DNA of 64,000 nt from Penicillus capitatus (Eukaryota > Plantae > Chlorophyta): assembly GCA_965649825.1 (NCBI GenBank), contig OZ287699.1, forward strand, positions 1,208,477-1,272,476. The letters are read 5' to 3'. Shown here piece by piece: positions 48,265 to 59,690 of the stretch (position 1 is its first letter; each line of letters begins with the position of its first letter). The notes beneath the pieces were generated by a model. It made no database searches and had not been told where the DNA came from. It worked only from the letters and a program-made list of their open reading frames with translations. The position numbers and the translations under genes were made by a program.

Positions 48265-49290
48265 ATGAGTCGAGCACAACCAAGAGAGCAGGGTCAAACA
48301 GAAGAGAGAAGGAGTAGCTTATACGGAACGTATCAACTGGGTGATTATGGCTTCGCGAATGTCATCACTGAAGCGGGCGAAGACGAAAACTGTTTCCCTA
48401 AACTGAGGGGACGCCCGGTGTTGACGCAGCCAGAAGACGTTGTCGACGCTGCGTGGTACTGGTTGGTGGATATGAATAAGATGAAGCGTTTTCTCGAGCG
48501 AATTGGCGCATGGGTACGGGAGAGACGTGACCTGCCGCAGAGGCTGCAGGAAGAAAGACAAGCGAGTGATGGACTGCGGCGCGAGATGACCGCAGCAGGT
48601 GAAAACCTCACCAATGCACAAAGGGCGTTGCGCGTGGTTCGCGCGGAAAAGGAAGAATTGCTGAAAAGCCTGCAGGAAGAGCGGCGAATTAACGAGAAAC
48701 TGCGCAGAGACATCACTGAGGATGTCCACCAGACCGAACACGAAGTGGACAAGGCCCGCGTGGAAGCCTTTTCTCTCCAAGAGAAACTCAAAGAGACAGA
48801 AGCGGCCTTCACAGAGGCAAAGAACAATTTCATTTCGGCCCCTGATTTGGTGTCAAGTTTATGGTCGCTGACCAAAGAGGCAAAGACGGTGCAGAAAGAA
48901 CTGAAGACGAATTTTGAAAAGACAGCTGAGGTGATAGCGACGAGACCAGTTGATGGACGACAAAGTTTGAGGACGCTGCAACAAATGAAACGGGTACTGC
49001 ATGATATTAGACGGTATCCGCAAAGACGGCGAACGAAGACTGACGTGACAGAAGACGGTTTGCGGAAAGTCAGGCGTGGCAGAATCTGTTATTTCTGCCG
49101 TTGCAAAGGACATCTTCTTCAAGATTGTCCGCGGACGCGTAATGCGGATTCGGCCGAATCAGCAGCCCCAGATACGTCGTATACTCAACTACGAACTGAG
49201 GGTTCACCGGAAACGACTGAAGAGACAGCATCAACGGGTTGGAACGTCTTTTCGATTTTTAAAAGGACATTTACCTCGGGAATCGACTGA
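48265..49290 (+). CDS. Gag-like protein: long coiled coil plus CCHC zinc knuckle (341 aa, intronless)
   Basis: CYFCRCKGHLLQDC = C-x2-C-x4-H-x4-C; heptad-rich middle; lies between the LTRs. Confidence 0.85.
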   Translation: MSRAQPREQGQTEERRSSLYGTYQLGDYGFANVITEAGEDENCFPKLRGRPVLTQPEDVVDAAWYWLVDMNKMKRFLERIGAWVRERRDLPQRLQEERQASDGLRREMTAAGENLTNAQRALRVVRAEKEELLKSLQEERRINEKLRRDITEDVHQTEHEVDKARVEAFSLQEKLKETEAAFTEAKNNFISAPDLVSSLWSLTKEAKTVQKELKTNFEKTAEVIATRPVDGRQSLRTLQQMKRVLHDIRRYPQRRRTKTDVTEDGLRKVRRGRICYFCRCKGHLLQDCPRTRNADSAESAAPDTSYTQLRTEGSPETTEETASTGWNVFSIFKRTFTSGID

Positions 49291-49365
49291 ATTTTTAATT
49301 GTCCATTAGTGGGGGGGTTTCCTGTCTTCGGAGTTCCGCGCAGCGGAGATGGATGGGCCCATCCA

Positions 49366-49532
49366 TGTCAGAATGACTAGAGCAGTCACATCGTGACTGC
49401 CTAGATTTCCGAGGGTTCTGTCTCCGAGGGGGCACTTACTTAGGGTTTACGTCACCTCAGGATCCTTACAAATACGGGAACGTGGCCCTGTAGATACCTT
49501 GCTCTGTAACACAGTGAAGATTTCCCCTGACA
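49366..49532 (+). repeat. 3' LTR
   Basis: Direct copy of 46930-47096. Confidence 0.95.
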
Positions 49533-50448
49533 CGGCTGGATCTGCATCACTCAAGAAGACGCTCGTATTCAATTTAGAAAATAAGGAGTATGGAAACGTC
49601 GCGGACGTAATAGGAGAATGGTGTAAATGCGTGCACCAAAGGTGTAAACGATAACTTTAGCCGTTGACTTTAGGGATATAGCAAACTTCGCCGAGGGTAG
49701 CGAATGGCGAAAACGAGGTCAATGCGGTTATGCGAGCGATCCCTACTGTGAAGCTTCCTCCTCCTGTCCAGCTGCCAGCTCTGCCTCGGCGACTGTGAAG
49801 TCTGCTAGAACTTCTATTGAAGTTTCTCCACGAGCTTTTGACAACGATAGGAGCTCAGGCGATTCTACCACAAACTCGACTACTCATCCAGCTGATTTCC
49901 GGTCGTCGAGACAATCGATATCTGAGCTCCTTGCTTGATTGACTCCGTGGCATCTATCGTCACGTCAAGGCGCGTCGTCCGGAAACGCACATGCCCGTCA
50001 CGGCGCCGCCGTCACGTCCACTTAGTGATTTTTCGTAATTCTCGATTGTCGATTAATCGTGAGTTTATGATAGCTGGAATTCACAAAGCCGCAGATGTGT
50101 TTACGACCGTCCTTGAAGGCAAGTTATCGAAACCAAACTGTTTTGCAGCTTGACACGCATTCGTCACACACAATCACTGTTCTTTAAATGTATGGACTGA
50201 AACAAATACATCAGGCCCATGAAACGACATGTTAAACAAACCGTCCATTTCAAATTGAAAGAAGAGAAAAAGACGCGAGGAGATTAATGCCTTATGGTTT
50301 TTCAAAACTTTAGCACGGAGAGAATAGGCAGTCAAAGCTTTCCGTAAGGGAAAGCTTTTGCAAAGCTGGTCAACTAAGCGACATGAAATATCGTGGAAAC
50401 ACTCGACACCGTGAACGGATAGATGAACGTGTAATTCCTAACTTATTC

Positions 50449-53400
50449 TTATTCTTTGATAATGATGTTCTTCAGCAGTCGTGGAAATTCGTGTTCAAAC
50501 TCTTCTCTTAGGTATCCGACAAACACACTGATTGCTGCCTTATCCCATTTTCCAATCTCGCGTGAAGAAGTTGTGTGCGACACCAAGGAGACTTTTTCAG
50601 ATTCTGTAGGGGGATCTAGTGTGAATGAGTTCCACACGAAAAAAATTGAAAACCCGCCCTTATTAGAAGGTGGAAATGATATTGCCGTAGAAATGACTTC
50701 TTCGAGTTTTACGCATTCCAATGCCTTTCTCGCAGAATCGCACACTTCCGAATCTTCGTCGATGCACCTCCTAGCCAGCGTCGGCAGAAGCTCGCCGGCG
50801 CGGTGCGGAGCCGCCATGATGACGCGACCGACGGCCTTTATCGCCGCCCGACGCACAAAATCATTTTTGTCGCCGCATCCCCGTACCAGCGTCGGCAGAT
50901 ACTCGCCGGCGTACTGCGGAGCCGCTACGACGATGTGGCCTATGGCCTCCACCGCAGTCTGACGCACACGCCAGTCTCCGTCGTTGCCTTTCCTAGTAAG
51001 TGCCGACAGTAACTTGCCGGCGTGTTGTGGAACCTCTTCGACTACGCGACCGATGGAGCCTATCGCCGCCTGACGCACACGATAATCATTGTCGCCGCAC
51101 CCCCTGGCCAGCGTCGCCAGATGCTCGGCGGCGTGTTGCGGAGCCGCCACAACGACGCGACCGATGGAGCCTATCGCCGCGTGACGCACAGAATAATCTT
51201 TGTCGCCGCACCCCCTGGCCAGCGTCCACAGATGCTCGGCGGCGTGTTGCGGAGCCGCAACAACAACGCGACCGATCGAGTTCATCGCCGCCTGACGCAC
51301 GCTAGAGTATTCGTCGCCGCATCCCCATACCAGCGTCGGCAGATACTCGGCGGCGTGTCGCGGTGAAGCCGCAACGACGCGGCCGATAGCTTCCATCGCC
51401 GGCGCACGCACAACAGAATTACTGTCGCTGCAATTATTCGCCAACCTCGGCAGAAACTCTCCGGCATGCTGAGGCATTGACGCCGCGACGACCCGGTCGA
51501 AGGCTTCCATCGCCACCTGACGCACATGCCAGTCGATGTCGTCGCACCCCCTTGCCAGCGTCAGCAGATGCTCGCCGGCGTGCTGCGGTGCCGCCACGAT
51601 GACGCGGGCGATGGCCTTTATCGCCGCCTGACGCACATGAGGGTGTTTGTCACGGTATCCCATCGCAAGCGTGGGCAGATGCTCGCCAGCATTCTGCGGC
51701 GTCGCCGCCGCAACGACGCCTTCGATGGCCTTTATCTTTGCCTCGCCTATGTTTTCGTCTTCATCGGCGCGCCCTCTGGCAAGTATCGGTGGACGCTCGC
51801 CGCCGTACTGTGGCACCGCGGCGATGACGCGGTTGATGGCTTCTATCGCCGCCTCACGGACGTTGCAGTCTTCGTCGTCGCGCCCCCTCGCCAGCGTCGG
51901 GAGATAGTCGCCGGCGTGCTGCGGAGCCGCCACGACGACGCGGCCGATGGCCTTTATCGCCGCCTGACGCACATAATGGTTTTCGTCGTAGCATCCTATC
52001 GCCAGCCTCAGCAGATAGTGGCCGGCGTGTTGTGGAGCCTCTTTGACGACGCGGCCGATGGCCTCCATCGCAGCCTTACGGACGAGGAAGATTTTGTCGC
52101 CGCATCCTGTCGCCAGCGTCAGCAGATAGTCGTCGGCAATCTGCGGCAACGCCGCGACAACGCGGCCGATGGCCTTCACCGCAACCGCACGGACGTCCAG
52201 ATCTTCGTCGCCGCACCTCTTCGCCAGCGTCGGCAGAAGGTTGCCAAAATTCTTCGTCGCAGCGTCGATGATGTCTTCAATGGCCTCCAACGCAGCGTCA
52301 CGTACGTCGTAATTGTAGTCGGCGCTCCCTCTCGCCAGCGTCGAGAAATAGTCGTCGGCGTATTGCGGAGCCTCCCTGACGACTCGGCCGATGGCCTTCA
52401 ATGCCTTCATGCGTACGTCGTCGTTATTGTCGCCGCATCCTTTCTCCAGTGTCGGCAGATACTTGCCGGCAAGCTGCGGCACCGCCGCGAGGACGCGGCC
52501 TATGGCCTCTACCGCAGCCATACGCACGTCCCAGTCTGTGTCGCCGTACCCCTTCACCAGTATCGCCAGCTGCTTATTGGCTTCCTGTGGCACCGCCGCG
52601 ACAACGCAGCAGATGGCCTCCATGGCTGCCATACGCACACATCCAATTTGGTCATCGCACACCCTTGTTAGCGTCGTCAGAAGTTCGACGGCGTCGTCCT
52701 GTGGCACCGCCTCGACGACGCGGTCGATTGCTTCTATCGCCGCTCGACGCACACTGGAGTATTCGTCGCGGCATCCTAACGCCAGCTTTGGCAAATGCTT
52801 GCCTGCGTGCTGCGGCGTTGTTACGGCGAGCCGGCCAATGCTTTCTACCGCTGCAAGACGCACATGCCATTCTTTGTCGATGTACCCCATGGCCAATGTC
52901 TGTAAAAGCTCGCCACCGTGCCGTTGTGCTGCATCGAATACGAGATTGATAGCTTCCGTCGCCACTTGACGCACGCAGTCGTCGAATTTGTCGTAGTCGT
53001 CGTCGTCGTCGTCGCTTTCTCTCGCCAGTGTCGGCAGATGCCTGTCGGCGTTCCGTGGCGCCTCCCCGACGACACTGTCGAAGACTTCCATTGCTGCCCG
53101 ACACACGCCAAAGTCTTCGTCGCCACATCCTTTCGCCAGCGTCGGCAGATAGTCGCTGGCGTGCTGCGGCGCCGCCCCGACGACGCGATAGATGGCTCTT
53201 GTCGCCGTCCAACGGACGTTTTCGTCTTCGTCACCGCACATTCTTACCAGTGTCGGCAAAAGCTTGGTGGCAAACTGTGGCGCTTGTGTTACGATAGACT
53301 CGAACATGTCAATGCATTCGTCTCTACTGGATGCTTCATGAACGTCATTTGCTATTTGTAAGATAAGCTGCGGCAATGCATCACTGTGCTCTGGAGAGTG

Positions 53401-56400
53401 GGCTGTGAGTTTCAAGACGTCATGAATTTTGACCATTTCTTCCGAATATAAATATCCCGAGCATGCGATCGTGTTCTTCAGTCTATCAACGGTGCCAGCA
53501 AGAAGTCGAGGGAATTGTTCTAGAACGCGAGACAATTGTTTGATCTCTTCGAACACGATTTCACGAATCGTATCATGGTCGATTGTGCTCTCAAGTAGTT
53601 GACGGGCGCTATCGACGAGCGCAATTGCTTGTTTGTCTTCCGTTAAAACATCCAACTCATCGTTATCTGCCTCTTCTAACGTCGCCTCGAGAACTCGCAT
53701 TCTCAAAAAAAGGTGACGCACTCCGAGAACTTCGACGGGTTGTGTGTCAACGATTGAAAGCAGCTCTTTCAACGCTTGTTTGTTTCGACTCTCCGCAAAT
53801 GCGTGCATGGCGAAGGTTAGCATGAGGTCATGCTTCTTATCATACTTCCCCTTGTGGATGAAATCGAGCACTCTTGTCTCCTCATCCGATCCTTTTTGCT
53901 TCAACATTCTCGCTATGTATCTTCCGGCAAAATACTCTTGAAAGGTCAGGTGAGGGAATTGATACTGCTTGCCCTCCAACACGAGCAAAAGGAGTCCGCT
54001 CTCTTTGAAAGTTTGAGCCGCATTCTTCGATGTTGCGTGTAGCATAACAAATCTCTCGTCCATGTAAATGTCTCCATTCCGAAGCGATTTGAAGGCTATC
54101 TTTTCCAGATCTCTAAAGAGTTCCACTTTCTTTATGTTTTTTCCCGCTGGCTTTTCTTCGAACCTTTTCCAGACGTAATTCGCCATTTCGTTGTATATTT
54201 GAAACGTGGTCGTTCCCTTTCCTCCTTTTTCAAAACTATCACCGTGTTCCTTCGACAAAGAACAAAGAATGTGTGCCGTCACCGGAATGTGCGCCATCTC
54301 CCACATGGCGGTATTTTTATAAAGAGATCGGATGAACTTCGGTGCCTCTTTCTCGGACAGTTCGCTTTTTACATAGTCTCGCAGTTGCTCATCGTTGAAT
54401 CCGAGGCACTCTACTTGGATGTCGACACGTGTTTCTAAGTCTCTCATGTTGTAAGGTCGAGACAGCAATAGAACTTTGCACGAACGCTTCCATACGGTGG
54501 ACACCAGTTCTCTCGTGTGGTCATTTGCTTCGTCCAGTCCGTCAAGCACGAGCAGAGTTGAAGGATCGTTGAGGTCATCCTCCACTTGTAAGAGGAGATC
54601 TTCGTATTTGAAGGTATTCGGGCTTCCGCAGAAGCATATTTTCGATATCGCTCCTTCGAGCCTTGACAATTTCTGCTCCGCGGGCTCGGTAGTGTTGAGA
54701 ACTCTCACCGGCACCACGTAAACGGCTTTGAACTCTTGTGCCATTTCCCCCAACGCCCATTTGTGTGCGATAACTTTTGTGATGCACGTCTTACCGGCGC
54801 CGGGGTTTCCGTAGAGAAGAACACGTCGAACTTCTATTTCCGGATCTCCGGGCTTGAGAGATCTTCGCTTGAACAGATCGTCCAGAGCAATGGGTTTCGT
54901 GACCCTCATCTTCTTCTCGTAGTATTCTTTTGCTTGGTCCACTCTATGGTCTGAGGACTTTCCTTCCATTGCTTCCCCTCCCCGATTGCCTTTTATATTC
55001 CCTTCCTTTGATTTATTCGTTTGCTCTTGGATAATCTCCTCGGAAATGACGATATGATGCTCCATGTCCTTGACATGCTTGGGTAATCCGTCTCCGAACA
55101 AAGACGTCACCTACAAGTCAAGGCACTTTATCGACGTGGATGTGCTTTCCGTGCCAGTACCGTCGCGAAATGGTTTCGCAAGTATCTGTTCCTCAGCTCT
55201 TCTCTTTTCGAATCCACGATGGCAAGAGGAATGTACCCCGCGTCTCTGCCGGTCTTGATGCACAAATCCTTACGTTTTTCGGTAGTGCTTTGCAGGCTCC
55301 GTTCTCTAAGCCTGTCTTCTATGCTGTTCCCTCCCAGCCACTCTGCTAATGCTTCTTCGCTAGAACCCTTGCAAGACTGGTGTAGGACGAGCAAGGCGTT
55401 CTTGGTGTCTTCGTCTTCGTTGCATTGGCCAATTCTGTGGATCTCAGATAAAACATCTAACAGTGCGATCAAGATATCACTATCGTCAGTCCATCCTTCG
55501 TTTACAGTCTGCTGCGTTGCCAGATTGACCAGCTTCTTTGTGGCATCGTCTCGGACGTTTTCCGACAGACCTTCAAGTGCGAGTGTGCCCAACTCGCAAA
55601 CGATGCCATATCTCAACGCTTTCAACTCTTCTTCATTACTCATATTTCTTTGGCGCTCCATTGCAGCACTGTAGACGCTTTCAAAAAGCTCAAGGTTCGC
55701 TTCGTCCTTTGCCGCCTTTTGTCTTGCTATTATCAGATTCTTAAATGTGTCAAACCACGGTTTTTTAGACACTCCCATATTGGCAACGGCGGCTCGAGCT
55801 TTTGCGTATGCATCCTGAAGATCCTCGGGATCGACGTCACCTCTTGCCAGATTTCTGACACAGTGAAGAACATACAGGAATACGCACAATCCACAGCCGA
55901 TATGTTGCATTGCAGATTCAAGATGCGAAGAAGCATCTTCTGTTCTGAAGCGTTCCACTGCTTGTCGAAGAGTCTTGAAATGGAAGCGCACCGGGTAGTG
56001 CTCGCATGAGAGCTCCATTGCTCTTTCTTTCTCCGCAACGGCACGACGGAGTTCATGCTTCTCTTCTTTGCAGACGCCAGTCTGACTGGTTTCTGAAAGC
56101 AGCAAAAAAGTCTGACGTAGAGCGAGAAATGTCACTTCATATTTTGCAAAGTTCTCTTTTGTAAGCCTCGGTTCCGCAGAAAGGCTGCCTAAAAGCTTTC
56201 TGGCTATCACGACGAGCTCTGCAACACCCCCGTATGAGGAAGGATCAGCCAGGTTAAGTGCTCCGTAGAGGGCAGTTGCGTAGTTCGGTCGCCGGAAGTT
56301 TTCTTGACAAATACAGGAATAGAGGGCTTGTATTAAGTCGCTCAGAATGTTCTTGTCATGTGTAAAGCGGGGTATGATGTTGGCCAATTCTGCATACTCA

Positions 56401-56819
56401 AGGACACCCTTTGGCTTGATATATTCATCTTTTTGTTCGCCATATTTGTTTAACCAACCGAGGAGGACAGCGAGTTCGTCCTTATCCGTCGTCTTGTTGT
56501 AAGCCTCAACCAGCGACATGGTGCTATCGATTCTGTATTTCTCTGAGACAGCGCGCAGGAGTTTAGGGTTATGACGTTCTTCAATGACTAAGTCTACGCT
56601 ACTGGGTTGCCCACCAACTGTCGATGCAACCGTCGTCTTGTTGCAAGCCTCAACAAGCGACGTGGTGCTCTCAATTTCGTTTTTCTCTGAGACAGCGCAT
56701 TGGAGTTCGGGGTCGGGGCGTTCTGCAATGGTCATGTCTTCGTTACTGACTTGACCGCCAACTGTCGATGCGGAAAGCCCTTCACCACTGGGTCCTTCGT
56801 CGGGAGCTCGAGCTTGCAT
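50449..56819 (-). CDS. NLR-like STAND NTPase: helical N-terminus, NACHT, 23 HEAT repeats; about 2,100 aa; 2 exons
   Basis: Intron 55111-55160 (GTACTG..TTGTAG, 50 nt) fuses the 589-aa and 1553-aa ORFs in frame (HFAT|VTSLFGDG). Walker A GNPGAGKT, Walker B LLVLDGLDE, FPHLTFQEYFAG. Confidence 0.9.
50712..53280 (-). repeat. Coding tandem array of 23 HEAT-like repeats, 37 aa / 111 nt unit
   Basis: Consensus PQHAGxxLPTLARGCGDxxxxVRxAAxxAIGRVVxAA; the 111-nt period is visible in the DNA. Confidence 0.93.
56487..56771 (-). repeat. 144-nt (48-aa) tandem duplication at the NLR-like N-terminus
   Basis: ASTVGG..AVSEK..SLVEAxNKTT occurs twice; CCAACTGTCGATGC at 56614 and 56758. Confidence 0.85.
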
Positions 56820-58154
56820 GTTCGTTTGTAATCTGCACAACAAAACGTCTTCGCTTGTAAGCTCGAGGGAATGGCAAAACTGCTTGCCGCCACACAAAGT
56901 TCTCGGAAAAGTTCACAGTGGAGAAAATGATTCGGACGTTCTGGTTGGCGTAAAATGCAATTGACGGCGAATGATGTGACATGCCGTGTCTGAAAAAGAC
57001 TCTATATTCCTAGGTGCAGTCTTCTGACCGACAATAGAATTTTCTACCGCATCACCTGAAAGGCGTCATCGGAAACTGATTGTATCAATTCCATTAACAT
57101 GCGGTGGTCTCCTTATTGATGAGCAAGAAGCTACCTAGCCCAACATAAGTGCTGTTTTAGATGTGCGACCCCTTGATGGCCGCGAGCATGGATGAACTCA
57201 CTTCGCAACTGGACGCCTTCACACCGACAAGATGGCTCTCAATTCCGAGTCCTCCGAACGCACCCTTCATACCCCGACATCGAACGGGTGAGATCTTCAG
57301 CGCGTCTTGTGTGAGCGGGAGGTGGGGTAGGATGGAATCAAGAACATGTCCATCAAAGAGAAAGGCAACTCGCAACCTTTTGCCTAGAAGTCCATGCATT
57401 AGTTTCGGAATAGTTAATTCGGGAAACGATTCGAAGAATGCAGAACACATATCACGAGCGATCTTGGAAAACAGGCTTGATCGCTCGGATGCGACACTTC
57501 CTCCTTCTCTTTACTTACGAACGACTGAGATTATACACCGTCAAGCAGTAGTGGGTTTCTAGAACCAATCTGCAACATACTTAGCAGTGCGAGTACGATG
57601 CATGCGCAGTGAAGCAAATACTGAGGATTCTACTCGTACTAACCGATTGACATCTTGCAGAATACGGAAGAGATCACTGCCGTTTGTGATCTGCTAGCAA
57701 AACGATATGGGCTTCCCGGCAAAACATGGACAGTGGCGCTTCTTTAAGAAAAGACCTTCGCAAGACGAGATGTGTTCTTAGTCACATCTGGATTGCATCA
57801 TCGCACGAGTCACTTTGACACGGACTATGGCTAAAGAAGGTGATCTACTTATACTTACTTTACTGCAAGCTCTCGATTGACACTCTAAGCGGCGAGTGTG
57901 AGAATGCCTCCGACTGGATGAAATGGCTTTATATTTGCACGTTTCGAGAAACGGGTCCGTCAGTCAACTGTTCCCAAGCAAGCATCTCATCTGCGCGAAG
58001 CGCAGGTAGAGGGAGCCTAATGGGATCTACAACTTTACAGCAGTTAAGGATCACACATACGATCTCTTGTTCGAATTTCGCAGTTTCATTGAGGCTAAAG
58101 GAAACAGACAACAAACAGAAGTGTCATCAAATGCAGAAACAGTCTTCCTCGTTT

Positions 58155-58556
58155 CTACATGGGCGCAATTGGGATTGGTCCATGTGTCGCCGGTCCTGAC
58201 GTCATTTCTCGCAGTTTGATCTCTCGGTTCTCTTGACATTGCGCACACTCATGGCAACAGCAATGAACACATATGTCTATACACGGTTCTTCAATGAGGC
58301 CGTATTTAGAACGGATATCCGACCGGCGAACGAAACCCAAAATGCATTGAAATCCGAAAAGACAAATCACATAATACACTCCCATATCTATCAGGTAATT
58401 GGGCGTCAGGAGTGTATCTCCTCGCATAGCTTTGCCATTTTCAGCATACAGGACACAAGGCAACCAGCATCCAATACAGCATGTGGCACAGTCCGAGCAA
58501 CAGCCACAGAGATTGTAGTGCCATGCACTCGACTGCTGATACACGACGGCGGACAT
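58155..58556 (-). CDS. PLAC8-family Cys-rich protein, intronless
   Basis: WHYNLCGCCSDCATCCIGCWLPCVLY, RSDIRSKYGL, DICVHCCCHECAQCQENREI. Confidence 0.92.
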   Translation of the reverse strand: MSAVVYQQSSAWHYNLCGCCSDCATCCIGCWLPCVLYAENGKAMRGDTLLTPNYLIDMGVYYVICLFGFQCILGFVRRSDIRSKYGLIEEPCIDICVHCCCHECAQCQENREIKLREMTSGPATHGPIPIAPM

Positions 58557-58648
58557 TTTCTCGAGATCCGCGAAGCAGCGATCGTGTAATGCGCAAATAC
58601 GCCGAAGAACTTCGTGACAGGGAGTTGTCGTACACTGTCATTTGAATC

Positions 58649-59593
58649 ATGCGTCTCGTCGGAAGTGTACCACCATCCCTGCGACTCGCGTACTCGACAC
58701 GATGGTTACGGAGACGTTATTCACGACGATCGGTGACAGACTGGATGACGGTACATCCTTGACGGGGAGCAATGCCATTTGTGCGATCCCTATAGCAGCG
58801 GAGCGAAAGGTCTGTAGGTCACTCATGGACAGCATCGCTGTCGCCTGTATCGGCGGTTTGTGCGCACGCACGCCGAAGAGGCGAAGGCGAATGGCAGTTT
58901 TGGACAGACGCCTCTTGACTTTGATGAACTGACGGATCTGATAAGGCAAAGCTCCACAGTTTCATCCATCTGGACATCCGTGTATGTTCGTTCGTGCAGA
59001 ATGGTCAACGATTCTGATATTGTGGACTTCCAGATCGAGAACAAAGGTGTGAATCTGAGCATCAAGAAGGCCGAAGCCATGGAAGAGAAGATTCATGTAA
59101 GAACCCAGAACTGTGTGAGATAGAGTGAGATAAGGTATATGGGTACAGGTGATGCAAGGGGTTACAGCGCCATCCCCTCCTGTTCCAAACTATTCGCCCA
59201 CTCCCGTGGTTCCTGGAGTTCCGCCAGCTCCTTCACCGTCGCCATCCGTCTCTCCGCCTGAGCCCGTTGCGTTGGCGAAGACAGAGAGCGCCGTTCCCGA
59301 TGGACTGCAGATTGTAGCACCCATGTCTGGATGCTTCTATGCGTATCCTCTCACTCGAAGAGCTTTCTTGATCAACAGCAAAACTGTTTGATAGGGCAGC
59401 AGCTCCTGGAGAGGCTCCATTTGTCAAGGAAGGTGATCGAGTGACAGCTGGCCAAACAGTGTGCATCATCGAAGCTATGAAGCTCATGAATGAGATTGAA
59501 GCGGAGATCTCTGGCGAAGTGGCCAAGATTCTGGTGCAAAATGGCCAGTCCATTACAGCTGGCCAAGCATTGATGGTTGTCAAGCCTGAGTGA
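58649..59593 (+). CDS. accB: Biotin carboxyl carrier protein of plastid heteromeric ACCase; spliced, start uncertain
   Basis: LDFDELTDLIR..SDIVDFQIE, Pro-rich linker, APMSGCFY, CIIEAMKLMNEIEAE biotinylation motif. Confidence 0.92.
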
Positions 59594-59690
59594 GAGAGAC
59601 GCATTTTGACAGATTCTTTCTCAGACACAGGTTTTGAGATGTCGTTCTTAAATGCTGGTTCAGCAAAGTGCATGCGTTCTCTGTCGTGGG

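Larger units (their letters stand above)
46930..49532 (+). mobile_element. Non-autonomous LTR retrotransposon (gag-like ORF only, no pol)
   Basis: 167-bp direct repeats with TGTCAG..CTGACA ends, 5-bp TSD CGGCT (46925-46929 and 49533-49537), PBS-like sequence after the 5' LTR, CCHC zinc-knuckle ORF. Confidence 0.93.

Noticed and set aside
46753-49653. Removing the LTR element restores an open frame of about 100 codons
   Set aside because: No recognisable motif, and the opposite strand is also open; a disrupted gene cannot be supported.
50334-50358. 10-bp hairpin AAAGCTTTCC/GGAAAGCTTT downstream of the NLR-like gene
   Set aside because: A single short stem in AT-rich DNA can arise by chance; a bacterial-terminator relic cannot be supported.
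50712-53280. CRISPR-like appearance of repeats with variable segments
   Set aside because: The units are in-frame protein repeats of 111 nt with no unique spacers and no cas genes.
51000-53361. Long plus-strand ORFs, for example 51526-52671 (381 aa)
   Set aside because: Antisense shadows of the GC-rich HEAT array; they repeat with the same 111-nt period and have no independent features.
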